A stretch of DNA of 64,000 bases from Macrostomum lignano (taxonomy: Eukaryota). The DNA lies in the NCBI GenBank assembly GCA_002269645.1, contig NIVC01000094.1, positions 1,143,304 to 1,207,303 on the forward strand, in the 5' to 3' direction. The position numbers and the translations under genes are program-made. This document shows, one piece after another, positions 26,001 through 38,298 of the stretch (its first letter is position 1; each line of letters begins with the position of its first letter). The notes beneath the pieces were generated by a model. That model did no database searches and was not told where the DNA came from. It saw only the letters and a program-made list of their open reading frames with translations.

Positions 26001-29000
26001 TAGTAGTCTTGTTATTCTTATCTCTTTCCCTCGCGGCCTTCTAATTCGCTCTTAAACTTGACCTCTTTCCTCAGTCATCCACTTCACCCCCCTCGTCTGT
26101 TTATCTGTTTTCCCCCTTTGTGCTAGTTCAGTCTTGTTATTTTTATCTCTCTCCTGTGGCCTTCTGATTGGCTCTTCAATCTGATCTCTTTCCTCAGTCG
26201 CGCCCTCCAACCCCTCGTCTGCGTTTTCTCTCCCTCTAGTTCGCTTGTTGTTCTTATCTCTCTCCCTCGCTGCCTTCTGATTGGCTCTTCAATTTGACCA
26301 ATTTTATATTTTCTCTGTCACGAACTTCACTCAATTTCCTATCTGCACCCAACTCACCCCTATTAAGTCTTACAAATATACGAGTACTGCGCCCACGGGT
26401 GAATAAAACCATGGTTGCGCCTCACTTACTGAATACTGAGTTCTAGTTCAGTTTAATCTATAATTTAGTATAAGCCAAGCAAATTTCTACCTATTCTTAT
26501 TTCTTTGTAGATTTCTTCTAACATTTCCAATCCCAAATTAAAAGCAGTTGCTTTCTGAGCTTTCCTAGTTGTAATAATATAAAACAATTGAATATGCATA
26601 GGTCCGTCTGGACTTTAGACACTATTAGCATCCTTCAACCCGCAACCCTGTTAATTCATCGTTGCTAACAGTGCTCACCATACACTCACCATATTCTCTT
26701 CATCGATGGGTCCCAAATTTTTTATGAGCATGTTGATTGCCACCGCTGCTGGCTCATCGTCTGGAAGGTGGGTCGAGGTGACAAAGAATGAGCTATCTCA
26801 TTAGCTTCACAAACTATACACTTCACAAACCAGACGATTCACAAACCAGACGATTCACAAACCAGACGATTCACAAACCAGACGATTCACAAACCAGACG
26901 ATTCACAAACCAGACGATTCACAAACCAGACGATTCACAAACCAGACGATTCACAAACCAGACGATTCACAAACCAGACGATTCACAAACCAGACGATTC
27001 ACAAACCAGACGATTCACAAACCAGACGATTCACAAACCAGACGATTCACAAACCAGACGATTCACAAACCAGACGATTCACAAACCAGACGATTCACAA
27101 ACCAGACGATTCACAAACCAGACGATTCACAAACCAGACGATTCACAAACCAGACGATTCACAAACCAGACGATTCACAAACCAGACGATTCACAAACCA
27201 GACGATTCACAAACCAGACGATTCACAAACCAGACGATTCACAAACCAGACGATTCACAAACCAGACACTTCACGACCTAGACACTTCACAAGCTAACTT
27301 TGGTAGACACTTCACTTCACAAGAAACTTTGTTAGAACTGTTTCCGGTTTTCGAACTTGCTTGTAGCTCGTAAAAGCCATTTTCTACTTACAAAGTATTT
27401 ATCAGCTTTAGCTCCTTGCTTCCGCGCCGGTGCCCAGAGAAATGGGGATGGGTTATTAGCGGCACGCTCAGGGTCAGAACAAGACAGAATCGCCACTGTC
27501 TGCTCAAGCCGCACAAATCAGAGCCATCCAGACAAACACGACAAGCCAAAGGAGAGAGAATGCGAGGAGCAGTTGAGGCCGCGGCAACGCAGTGAACCGA
27601 GCCCCATCTCCGTTGAGCCAAATTGAATCTGCCGCCCAATCTACATATCCAGCCGACAGTTTTTCTCGCTTTCAGCCGAAAGATTTTGCAACTTTCGGCT
27701 TTGGCAACCTTCAAGGACTTTTTTGCCTGTTCTTATACCCCTTCTTCTCTCCTGGTGTCCCCCCCCCCCTGTCAGTCGAGTCTTGCCACTGCCCAAGTCA
27801 TTCGCTTTTATGAGATTATGGCCGCATTCCCAAGTGTCCTCCTGTCTGCCTGCCAGCAGCCCCTTAAAAGCGTTGTCTCCGCCAATTCCGCGAATTCCCA
27901 CCGCCTCCCCCCTCATCGTAAATGACCCGTCAGCCTCTGCGCGACTTCTCACGCATTAAGAATGGAATTTTGAAGTCAGTAGTTTGGGCACAGCCGCTAA
28001 TGCGATTTTGGGACAGTTTTAACCTCCTAAGGTCCGGTTTTCTGCGATGCAATCTCAGGTAATGCATCTACCTCAGGTACTGCATCTACCTCAGGTACTG
28101 CATCTACCTCAGGTACTGCATCTACCTCAGGTACTGCATCTACCTCAGGTACTGCATCTACCTCAGATACTGCATCTACCTCAGGTACTGCATCTACCTC
28201 AGGTACTGCATCTACCTCAGGTACTGCATCTACCTCAGGTACTGCATCTACCTCAGGTACTGCATCTACCTCAGGTACTGCATCTACCTCAGGTACTGCA
28301 TCTACCTCAGGTACTGCATCTACCTCAGGTACTGCATCTACCTCAGGTACTGCATCTACCTCAGGTACTGCATCTACCTCAGGTACTGCATCTACCTCAG
28401 GTACTGCATCTACCTCAGGTACTGCATCTACCTCAGGTACTGCATCTACCTCAGGTACTGCATCTACCTCAGGTACTGCATCTACCTCAGGTACTGCATC
28501 TACCTCAGGTACTGCATCTACCTCAGGTACTGCATCTACCTCAGGTACTGCAGCTACCTCAGGTACTGCAGCTACCTCAGGTACTGCAGCTACCTCAGGT
28601 ACTGCATCTACCTCAGGTAATGCATCTACCTCAGGTACTGCATCTACCTCAGCCACCTCATCTACCGCCGCCACCTCATCTACCTCAGCCACCTCATCTA
28701 CCTCAGCCACCTCAGCCACCTCAGCCACCTCATCTACCTCAGCCACCTCATCTACCTCAGCCACCTCAGCCACCTCAGCCACCTCATCTACCTCAGCCAC
28801 CTCAGCCACCTCATCTACCGCAGCCACCTCATCTACCTAAGCCACCTCATCTACCTCAGGTACTGCATCTACCTCAGCCACCTCATCTACCTCAGCCACC
28901 TCAGCCACCTCAGCCACCTCATCTACCTCAGCCACCTCATCTACCTCAGCCACCTCATCTACCTCAGCCACCTCATCTACCTCAGCCACCTCATCTACCT

Positions 29001-32000
29001 CAGCCACCTCATCTACCTCAGCCACCTCAGCCACCTCAGCCAGCTAAAAGCAGCCTGACGCAGAGAAGCTCTGAGAGCAGTTCAGTGTCCGAATGGAAGC
29101 TTCTCAGCAGCCAGCAGCGAAATCCCTGACCAACACAAAATCGACCAACACAGAACCGACAACCGAGCGTGACCCGAGCCCCCCGTTGTGTGATTGACTT
29201 TTTTTTCAAAATGCAGCAATCCAAAGCAGCTCTCAATCTTCTTTTAGCTCTCCGCGCCGCCTTCTCCTCCCTTCTCGACTGCCTTCTTCCGGATTTCCCG
29301 TTGCTCGACCTCGGCCTCTCACTCATGCTCCCACTCTCTCTCTCTCTCCTCCCATTTCCCCCTTTGCCCAGTCTATTTTGGCGAAGAAAAGGCACTCAGG
29401 GGCTCCTGCCGCTCCCTACCGCAGCGCCCGCTGACCTTCTGGTTCTGGCTCTTCTTTCGTTTCGCTCAATTTGCGTGCTGCGTCCGATGCCGCGCCCATG
29501 GGCTGGCGGCGGCGCCGGGCGGTGGCAGACGAGCCCGAAACAAGTGCACTTGTTTTCCCCTGTCTCTGGGGCCCCCTATCTATGGGGCATTTTGCCCGTT
29601 GGCAGTTTTTTCCACCATTAAATTATGAATGGACCGAATTGAATGCATTGGGTGCCAGCGCGGTCTTATCGCGCCAGATAAAATTGAGAGGAAAAGTGCT
29701 TTGGCGCAGCAAGAATCCACGCAGATTTTATTGCATTTATCTATTGCTGCTTTTGCGTCGCATTTTCGGCAGTCAGGTCGGGTTGCAAAGCCGCTGACAT
29801 TGTTTACCTAAAATGCTGTTTATGTCTTAATATGCCTCCGCGACAAAGACCTCTGCGCCCTGTCACAGACAACTTTTCATCTACCACCTGACATCTACTA
29901 TCTGCCACCTGACATCTACTATCTACCACCTGACATCTACTATCTACCACCTGACATCTACTATCTACCACCTGACATCTACTATCTACCATCTGACATC
30001 TACTATCTACCACCTGACATCTACTATCTACCACCTGACATCTACTATCTACCACCTCACATCTACGGTCTGACAAACATCATCTGACATCTAAAATCTA
30101 TCACCTGACATCTACTATCTACCACCTGACATCTACGGTCTGACAAACATCATCTGACATTTACAATCTACCACCTGACATCTACTATCTACCACCTCAC
30201 ATCTACGGTCTGACAAACATCATCTGACATCTACAATCTACCACCTGACATCTACTATCTACCACCTCACATCTACGGTCTGACAAACATCATCTGACAT
30301 TTACAATCTACCACCTGACATCTACTATCTACCACCTCACATCTACGGTCTGACAAACATCATCTGACATTTACAATCTACCACCTGACATCTACTATCT
30401 ACCACCTCACATCTACGGTCTGACAAACATCATCTGACATCTACAATCTACCACCCGGCATCTACATGCACAATCTACTCACTGACATCTACTATCTCAC
30501 ATCTACCATCTGATACCTGAAATCTACCTTCTGACATCTACATGTACAATCTACTCACTGACATCTACTATCTCACATCTACCATCTGACATCTGAAATC
30601 TACCTTCTGACATCTACCTTCTGACATCTACCTTCTGACATCTACCGTCTGACATCTATGGTCTGATAAACACCATCTGACATCTACCATCTGATCTGAA
30701 TCTAACATCTACCGTCTGACATCTACGGTTTGACAGACATCATCTACCGTCTGACATCTACGGTTTGACAGACATCATCTACCGTCTGACATCTATGGTC
30801 TGACAGACACCATCTGATATCTGACGCATCAACATTCAATGATAATACTGTATAGCCCGCATCCATAATTTTCGCACTACTTCTCCAAGTCAGCTACCCC
30901 AAGCAGGCAGTCTCACACCCCATAGTAAGGCTCGCAAACTTCAAGTTTCCGCCTAGCCGTGCAATATTGCAACTGACAGTCCGTCAATAACTGCTGCCCC
31001 CCCCCTGCCAGCAACTGCCAGCAGGGAGTGTTGCCAAACAAATTTGCACCATCAGCCAATAAATTCTCCCCACCCCTCCTTCCCTCTCTTGGGCCGCTAG
31101 CAGCTGCCGGGGGGAGTGGAAGGCAGACATGTTGCATGTGGGAGCCTCGGGCAGGATTACGCTGCAGACTTGGCCATCATCATAATCAGATATGCTAATC
31201 CCTGACCAGCTTCCCTTCGAAGCGCACTTGATGAAGAATTTATCCCCAACACCCCCCCCCTCGACTGAGGAATTTCTGCCAGAGCTTTTCCCAGAACCGG
31301 AAAAAGTCGTCCCAAGCAGCTCGATTGCTAAGCTCCGGAAGGGTGCACCACCTCACTCCGCGGCTGGGGAGTGATCTGAGTGGGATTTGGCGGCTACCGT
31401 TATAATTAGGATGCATTGAGCATTGAGCCGCTGCTGAGCACCTATTCATATTTGATAATAATATATGATTTGCTGTGAGCTTTTTTCAGTTTCACGGAGT
31501 CTCTGCTTATTCACTTGATGATGCTGGCTCTCCTTCTCTCTTTCTTCCACCTTCTCCATCTCCCTTCTCCGTTTCCCCTTTTCCACTCCTCTCCCACCAT
31601 GGGAGAAGAATCTCTCCTTCTCCCATCTCCCCCTCTCCCCCCTCTCCCATCTCCCCTCTTCCATCTCTCCGTCTCCCTCCTATATCTTTCCAGTTCTCCC
31701 TTCCCTACTATCTCTCTTCTTTCACTGACTCTTCTTTCGATTTTCTTTGCTGCTAATCAGGCATATTTTTCTAAGCTCACATTTTTTGTCGAAAGTCCGT
31801 TTGAAATCTCTGAGAGAAATTCCTACGAGTAGGAAGTCTGCGAGCCAATACAGAGTCATTAATTCCTAAGCACGAGTGATCAGTTATTGCTTCTTAAATA
31901 GCTTTGTGTGTGAATAAAGGATGAGTGGTACCAGCTTATTGCATTGGGACTCAGCTGATGCGAGCTAAATAGGGATATAAATATTGGTGCTAGTGTACAG

Positions 32001-33184
32001 ATATCCCTGCGTTAGTGTACAGATATCCCTGTGCTAGTGTACAGATATCCCTGTGCTAGTGTACAGATGTCCCTGTGCTAGTGTACAGATATCCCTGTGC
32101 TAGTGTACAGATATCCCTGTGTACATGTAAGTGTACAGATATCCCTGTGTAAGTGTACAGATATCCCTGTGCTAGTGTACAGATATCTTTCATCATTTGC
32201 TGGTCTCAAAGTCTCTCAATCTGAGAAATTTTGATCTTTTTGCACTTTGTGAGACACTGTTTTCTACGAAACAGAGGAGCATTGTTCTCATATGCATTGC
32301 AAGCAGCTTCACGTTTTTCTATAGTGACTGCCGGCTGACAAAGTGAGCTCCAGCTTAGTGCAGCCTCGATCCGTTCTCTGCGATTCCAATAGCTCAATCT
32401 GCTGCACTGACCTCCTCAGCTACTCTTGGGACTGCGGACGGCTTGTCGAGATGTCACGCAAACCTTACTGACGAACCAAAACTCAATCACGATAATTATT
32501 TAGCTTGGTCACATCTCCCAAAATCCTTTAATCTGGGGACGGTGCGCGCTGACTCATATTGTCGGTTTGAACAATGCGCCAATTAGGGGAATTGCCATGC
32601 CTTTTGTTCTTTTGATAGGTTTGATGAGCTGACGGAATGCGATTTCAGCTGATTGGGGGCAGCAGGGATTTGGTGACCGCAATCCCTAATCAGTTTACTG
32701 ATATTCATATTTCATAATTAAATTATTGATTCAATCACAGCCAATCACGAATCAGTCATCAATTCAATCACAGCTGATCATCAATCAGTCACCAATTCAA
32801 TCACGGCTGATCTCATCAATCAGTCACCAATTCAATCACAGCTGATAACAACTCAGTCACCAATTCAATCACAGCTGATCATCAATCAGTCATTGTCATC
32901 CCCGAAGTGACTCACCGACCACCTCCTTCTCCCCGGTGACATTGTTCTCTCTGATGTCCAGGCCAGGCCGCAGGTTGCTGTCGTAGCGGCTGCTGCTCAG
33001 CATGTGGTTGAGCACGTCCGTGATGCGCACCAGCTTCACCGTGTTGTTGCTGGGCGCCGCTGGCGCAAAAAACCGACCTTCTTCGGCACCTCCTCCTCCT
33101 CCACCACCGCCGCCGCCGCTGCCGCTGTCAGCTCGGCCACCGACGGGAGGAGAGGCGACTGCCCGCATCGAAAATAAGACGCCA
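16689..33184 (-). CDS. GABA-A receptor / Grd-like Cys-loop ligand-gated anion channel subunit, at least 8 coding exons (about 530 aa)
   Basis: Exons on the minus strand with GT-AG boundaries and consistent phases: 33184 (or ATG 33168)-32916, 26760-26690, 25365-25136, 23988-23906, 23464-23270, 22192-22040, 19562-19357, 17081-16689. Motifs: [30 protein letters not shown], Cys-loop [17 protein letters not shown]1 [12 protein letters not shown]2 [17 protein letters not shown]3 [15 protein letters not shown]4 [12 protein letters not shown]...VYW. The signal-peptide exon was not located. Confidence 0.93.
17130..19195. repeat. 20-bp intronic minisatellite (GATCCCATCCTATTGATCCT), about 100 variant copies
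   Basis: Direct inspection. Confidence 0.95.
19357..19562 (-). CDS. Cys-loop channel exon (TM2-TM3)
   Basis: [54 protein letters not shown]. Confidence 0.95.
19675..21870. repeat. 24-bp intronic minisatellite (GGTAGATAAGGGAGAGTATGAGAC) with about 840-bp higher-order duplication
   Basis: Direct inspection; ORFs at 19970 and 20810 begin with the same translated pattern. Confidence 0.95.
22040..22192 (-). CDS. Cys-loop channel exon (TM1 to start of TM2)
   Basis: [52 protein letters not shown]. Confidence 0.95.
22272..23266. repeat. 16-bp intronic minisatellite (GATATGTAATGCATCC)
   Basis: Direct inspection; begins a few nt after the exon donor at 23269. Confidence 0.95.
23270..23464 (-). CDS. 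Cys-loop channel exon (loops B, F, C)
   Basis: [15 protein letters not shown]...MAQFLF...KLGSG; phases 1/1 consistent with neighbours. Confidence 0.9.
23906..23988 (-). CDS. Cys-loop channel exon (Cys-loop)
   Basis: [28 protein letters not shown]; C-x13-C. Confidence 0.95.
24566..24920 (+). mobile_element. hAT (Charlie-type) non-autonomous element / MITE, about 355 bp
   Basis: Left end CAGGGGTTAGGAAACTCCGGCCTGTGGGCTACATGCGGCCC...TATCCGGCCC resembles known Charlie/OC1-like termini. Right end GGCCCTTGAGGAAAAATGTTTTGCCAAATCCCTG. Imperfect 8-bp TSD CTCTGGAT / CTCTATAT, both close to the NTCTAGAN Charlie target consensus. Confidence 0.75.
25136..25365 (-). CDS. Cys-loop channel exon (loops D, A, E)
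   Basis: [17 protein letters not shown]...[11 protein letters not shown]...[17 protein letters not shown]; AG/GT boundaries. Confidence 0.95.
25607..25799 (+). mobile_element. Tc1/mariner transposase C-terminal remnant (degenerate)
   Basis: Translates [22 protein letters not shown] (Tc1 WPxxSPDLNPIE motif), then broken frames [18 protein letters not shown] and ARGSYTRY*, matching a Tc1 C-terminus. Confidence 0.85.
26000..26300. repeat. Degenerate about 125-bp tandem repeat (2-3 copies)
   Basis: Recurrent GTTxTTCTTATCTCT...GCCTTCTGATTGGCTCTTCAAT...CTTTCCTCAGTC...CCCCTCGTCTG. Confidence 0.6.
26690..26760 (-). CDS. Cys-loop channel exon
   Basis: [24 protein letters not shown]; TTCCAG| and |GTGAGT boundaries. 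Confidence 0.9.
26820..27270. repeat. 16-bp minisatellite (TTCACAAACCAGACGA), about 28 perfect copies
   Basis: Direct inspection. Confidence 0.96.
28055..29042. repeat. 18-bp minisatellite (GTACTGCATCTACCTCAG) grading into 9/18-bp CCACCTCAG variants
   Basis: Direct inspection. Confidence 0.94.
29878..30825. repeat. 21-bp minisatellite (TCTACCACCTGACATCTACTA) with composite derivatives
   Basis: Direct inspection. Confidence 0.9.
31990..32188. repeat. 22-bp minisatellite (GTGTACAGATATCCCTGTGCTA), about 9 copies
   Basis: Direct inspection. Confidence 0.9.
32738..32892. repeat. About 33-bp tandem repeat (CAATTCAATCACAGCTGATCATCAATCAGTCAC), 4-5 copies
   Basis: Direct inspection; starts about 25 nt after the donor at 32915. 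Confidence 0.85.
32916..33184 (-). CDS. Cys-loop channel N-terminal exon
   Basis: (G)[12 protein letters not shown]...[23 protein letters not shown]...EVVG; donor G|GTGAGT at 32915; probable acceptor TTTAG at 33185. Confidence 0.8.
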
Positions 33185-34087
33185 CTAAACAGTGAGCGGG
33201 TTTGGCGAGTCAGTGAGTTCAGTGATTCAGTGATCTATTCAGCATAGAGTACATCTAGTACTAGATATCCTAAATTTCTTATCAACTACAGCAGGCACCA
33301 CTGACTCATTATTTGAGCGTCACCGCAGTTTCTTGGAATCCACCCCCCAAAAAGTCCCTAGAGTCCCAAAAAATCACCCATCAGAGATGATTGGATGCAG
33401 GTGAGAAAGTGAGTTAGAATTTCGCTTTGAGCAGGCACAGTGTCCTAGCAGACAGGTGTTGGGCCGGTATGGATCTGAAACATCCCAAAACTGTAAGTCC
33501 TCTGGGAAAGGTTGATCTTATAGAAATTACTGAAGATGGAGGATGAGGAGGGGAAGAAAAAGTGCGAAAGGGAAAATACGATTCCCCAAAGCGGGGGTGG
33601 GGGTCTAGCTGAGATCTAGGGGATCTGGGGGATCTGGGGGATCGGGGGGATCTGGGTCTCGGCACCGCTTGCAAAATTTCCCACCGCGAATTTTCCCGAC
33701 AAATCCCAGCTGGCGGAGAAGCCCGGCTTGAAACAACAGAAACTGCCGCCTCCCCCTCTTCTTCTTTATTTCTCTCATTCGGTTTCTTTCGCCGATTTAT
33801 GATATCCTCAGTTTCATAAATACCTCACACTATTTTAGCTCTCGATAATGTTGGCCTGTTGCAGTCCCCTGCCTCCGTCCCAATCTTGCTGCATCAATTA
33901 ATGGAAGGTTAATATGAGGCGAGGATTTAAGTTAATAGCCACGGTCACGAGTGTGCTTACCGCTGTGCACTCCGTGCGTGTGCTGGGTAGTGATGTACCA
34001 AAGCTTGAAATATGTGCGAGATTGATAAGGAATTACTGAAGTTAATAATTGACCAGAGTTGCTAAAGATGCACGACCTTGTACCTTA

Positions 34088-35245
34088 CATCACGGATGAA
34101 GGAACAGAATGGATTGCCAATCTTGCCAACATCATGGATGAAGGAACAGAATGGATTGCCAATCTTGCCAACATCATGGATGAAGGAACAGAATGGATTG
34201 CTAATCTAGCCAACACCACGGATGAAGGAACAGATTGGATTGCTAATCTACCCAACATCATGGATGAAGGAACAGAATGGATTGCTAATCTAGACAGCAT
34301 CACGGATGAAGGAACAGATTGGATTGCTAATCTAACCAACATCACGGATGAAGGAACAGATTGGATTGCTGATCTAAGCAACATCACGGATGAAGGAACA
34401 GAATGGATTGCTAATCTACCCAACATCATGGATGAAGGAATAGAATGGATTGCTAATCTAGACAGCATCACGGATGAAGGAACAGATTGGATTGCTAATC
34501 TAACCAACATCACGGATTAAGGAACAGATTGGATTGCTAATCTAACCAACATCACGGATGAAGGAACAGATTGGATTGCTAATCTAAGCAACATCACGGA
34601 TGAAGGAACAGATTGGATTGCTAATCTAGCCAACATCACGTATAAAGGAATAGAATGGATTGCTAATCTAGACAGCATCACGGATGAAGGAACAGATTGG
34701 ATTGCTGATCTAAGCAACATCACGGATGAAGGAACAGATTGGATTGCTAATCTAGCCAACACCACGGATAAAGGAACAGATTGGATTGCTAATCTAAGCA
34801 ACATCACGGATGAAGGAACAGATTGGATTGCTAATCTAAGCAACATCACGGATGAAGGAACAGATTGGATTGCTAATCTAAGCAACATCACGGATGAAGG
34901 AACAGATTGGATTGCTAATCTAGCCAACATCACGGATGAAGGAACAGATTGGATTGCCAATCTAAGCAACATCACGGATGAAGGAACAGATTGGATTGCT
35001 AATCTAAGCAACATCACGGATAAAGGAACAGATTGGATTGCCAATCTAAGCAACATCACGGATGAAGGAACAGATTGGATTGCTAATCTAGCCAGCATCA
35101 CGGATGAAGGAACAGATTGGATTGCTAATCTAGCCAACATCACGGATAAAGGAACAGATTGGATTGCTAATCTAGCCAACATCACGGATAAAGGAACAGA
35201 TTGGATTGCTAATCTAAGCAACATCACGGATAAAGGAACAGAATG
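34088..35245 (+). repeat. 42-bp minisatellite family, array D (about 27 copies)
   Basis: Unit ACGGATGAAGGAACAGATTGGATTGCTAATCTAAGCAACATC; same family as arrays A-C. Confidence 0.94.
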
Positions 35246-36089
35246 TTTATATGATATATTGAATCGCTGTGTACCGACGGAACAGACAAGCCAAGTTCAG
35301 GACCGAAGTTAAGCTGCACTGTGCAAATTGGCCAGAAAGTGGAAAAGTAGGAAAGCCGTAGCAGGGGGAACCCGATCCAATGGGCGCCGCTGGGTCCCAC
35401 TGCTGATCCCAGCTCCCACTCGCTCAGTCTCTGGAAACTATTGAAAATCCCCAGATGGTTTGGCGGAACAGACAAGTCCAACAGCATGACCGAAATCCCC
35501 AGTTGGGAATATATTGGAAAATGGCTGACAGCTTTCTACTCTGACTTAGTGATGAAGAGAGCTTGGATGCTGCAGAACGGATATCGAAGCAGTTTCAAAC
35601 TGTCGTACTGTTGCTTGAAATGACTGTCAGTATTAAAGAAGAAAATTCACAGGTGAAAGCGTCTATACTTAGTTGTTGCTAGTCTGTCTTTTGCCGTCAC
35701 CTGTCGGAACACCTGACTGCTAGACAGTTGGGTGTTTTTGGGCAAGATATTATCTCTTTCCTACCTGCATCTCTTTGGATGCAGAAATGCTGCTCTGCGT
35801 TCGCGCGTTCCGCTCTCGAGCGCGCCAATCACCACCCCAACCAGCCTCCTCCTCCTCCTGGCTGCTTTGCCGTTCTTTTGGAGCATTTCCTGGGAACAGA
35901 AGCCTACAGCAGCGGGCTCGCTGCAGCTATTGTTCCCGGGTACTTTGAGTAGGGAAGGGCAATATGCGTATTTGTAGCTCTAAAATGGCGCCCTGCATTT
36001 CTAAAGCGTTTGGAGTGAGAAATTTGTTTTCATGACGTGTTTTGTTGTGCTGAAGTGTCTGAGAACTGCCAATATTGTCCGATTGCCTT

Positions 36090-37455
36090 AGTGTCTTAAG
36101 GGCACCGATACTGTGTCTTAAGGGCGCCGGTATTGTGTCTTAAGGGCACCGATACTGTGTCTTAAAGGGGCACCGATATTGTGTCTTAAAGGGGCACCGA
36201 TATTGTGTCTTAAGGGCACCGATACTGTGTCTTAAAGGGGCGCCGGTATTGTGTCTTAAAGGGGCGCCGGTATTGTGTCTTAAAGGCACCGATATTGTGT
36301 CCTAAGGGCAGCGATATTGTGTCTTAAGGGCACCGATATTGTGTCCTAAGGGCAGCGATATTGTGTCTTAAGGGCACCGATATTGTGTCTTAAAGGGGCG
36401 CCGATATTGTGTCTCAGGGGCGCCAGTATTGTGTCTCAGGGGCGCCAGTATTGTGTCTTAGGGGGCGCCAGTATTGTGTCTCAGGGGGCGCCAGTATTGT
36501 GTCTCAGAGGGCGCCAGTATTGTGTCTCAGGGGGCGCCAGTAATTGTGTCTCAGGGGGCGCCAGTATTGTGTCTCAGGGGCGCCAGTATTGTGTCTCAGG
36601 GGGCGCCAATATTGTGTCTTAGGGGGCGCCAGTATTGTGTCTCAAGGGGCGCCAGTATTGTGTCTCAGGGGCGCCAGTATTGTGTCTCAGGGGGCGCCAG
36701 TATTGTGTCTCAGGGGGCGCCAGTATTGTGTCTCAGGGGGCGCCAGTATTGTGTCTCAGGGGCGCCAGTATTGTGTCTCAGGGGCGCCAGTAATTGTGTC
36801 TCTGGGGGCGCCAGTAATTGTGTCTCAGGGGGCGCCAGTATTGTGTCTTAGGGGGCGCCAGTATTGTGTCTTAGGGGGCGCCAGTATTGTGTCTCAGGGG
36901 GCGCCAGTAATTGTGTCTCAGGGGGCGCCAGTATTGTGTCTCAGGGGCGCCAGTATTGTGTCTCAGGGGGCGCCAGTATTGTGTCTTAGGGGGCGCCAGT
37001 ATTGTGTCTCAGGGGGCGCCAGTATTGTGTCTCAGGGGCGCCAGTATTGTGTCTCAGGGGCGCCAGTATTGTGTCTCAGGGGGCGCCAGTATTGTGTCTT
37101 AGGGGGCGCCAGTATTGTGTCTCAGGGGGCGCCAGTATTGTGTCTTAGGGGGCGCCAGTATTGTGTCTCAGGGGCGCCAGTAATTGTGTCTCAGGGGCGC
37201 CAGTATTGTGTCTCAGGGGGCGCCAGTATTGTGTCTTAGGGGGCGCCAGTATTGTGTCTCAGGGGGCGCCAGTATTTTGTCTCAGAGGGCGCCAGTATTG
37301 TGTCTCAGGGGGCGCCAGTAATTGTGTCTCAGGGGGCGCCAGTATTGTGTCTCAGGGGCGCCAGTATTGTGTGTCAGGGGGCGCCAGTATTGTGTCTTAG
37401 GGGGCGCCAGTATTGTGTCTCAGGGGGCGCCAGTATTGTGTCTCAGGGGCGCCAG
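36090..37455. repeat. 22-24-bp minisatellite (CCAGTATTGTGTCTCAGGGGGCG)
   Basis: Direct inspection; more divergent units at the left end. Confidence 0.94.
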
Positions 37456-38244
37456 TTGCAGTAGCCAATTTGGCAGCTTACTGGTTGAACTCACCAGATG
37501 ATCAGAGCATTTGGGATCATGTCTGCAGGCTGCCCGCGGCCAGTCAAACATCTGATAAGTGGTCTCAAATGTGTTGAAAGCTTATTTAAAAAGCACACGC
37601 AGATTGCAGCTTCACGCATTCCGCCAGCCCCGATCCCGTTGGGCTGGGGCAACGCAGCCAATCACAGGCGGTGCTGACAGAAAAAAAACAAAACTGACAT
37701 CCCGGTGTCTCTGCTTTGGCAAAAATGTGAATGCGAAAGAAAACGTTGGAATAAAGCAGTAGTCGCTGCAGCACATGTTTGCTTTGTCTGGAGACAATGG
37801 CCAGTCCGTGAGAAGCTAATGGGGATGCCTCTGCTTATCGAGATCCCACTGAGATATCACCATTCTTCTAGAGAAGCTGCATGATGCAGAGAAATAAGTT
37901 CGTGAAATCCTTGGGTGCAGGGACGGGGCACTTGTCCAAAACTTGTACAGTCTGCAGTCATTTTTTTCAAAACTTATAAATCTGCAATTCAAATTGTCGG
38001 GAATATAGGTGAAAAACCCACCTAACATACTGTAAGTAGGCTGGATCGGATATAACTTCAATTTATAAGTATCGCCGACGGAAAAAATTAACTTTACTAA
38101 ATTAACAAGCGACGGTAATGAATGAACTACCGACTGCATTATAGTTTCTGCTGTCTACTGCAAGTAGGCTAATAGGAAGCTGTTTTGGAATTTTTTCTTT
38201 TCTTGATGATAAGTTGATAATAAATTTGTAAATTTTGAATTGTA

Positions 38245-38298
38245 AACCCTAACTCTAACCCTAACCCTAACCCTAACCCTAACCCTAACCCTAACCCT
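38245..38298. repeat. Short interstitial telomere-type repeat (CCCTAA)n, about 8-9 units
   Basis: AACCCTAACTCTAACCCTAACCCTAACCC... Confidence 0.85.

Noticed and set aside
28047-29129. Pro/Gln/His-rich 360-aa ORF and antisense (PEVDAV)n ORF
   Set aside because: Products of an 18-bp intronic minisatellite; no signal peptide or unique domain
8156-37455. Regular direct-repeat arrays as possible CRISPR arrays
   Set aside because: Units are head-to-tail with no unique spacers, no cas genes are present, and the context is eukaryotic with spliced genes
38245-38298. True chromosome end
   Set aside because: The tract is only about 54 bp with unique sequence on both sides
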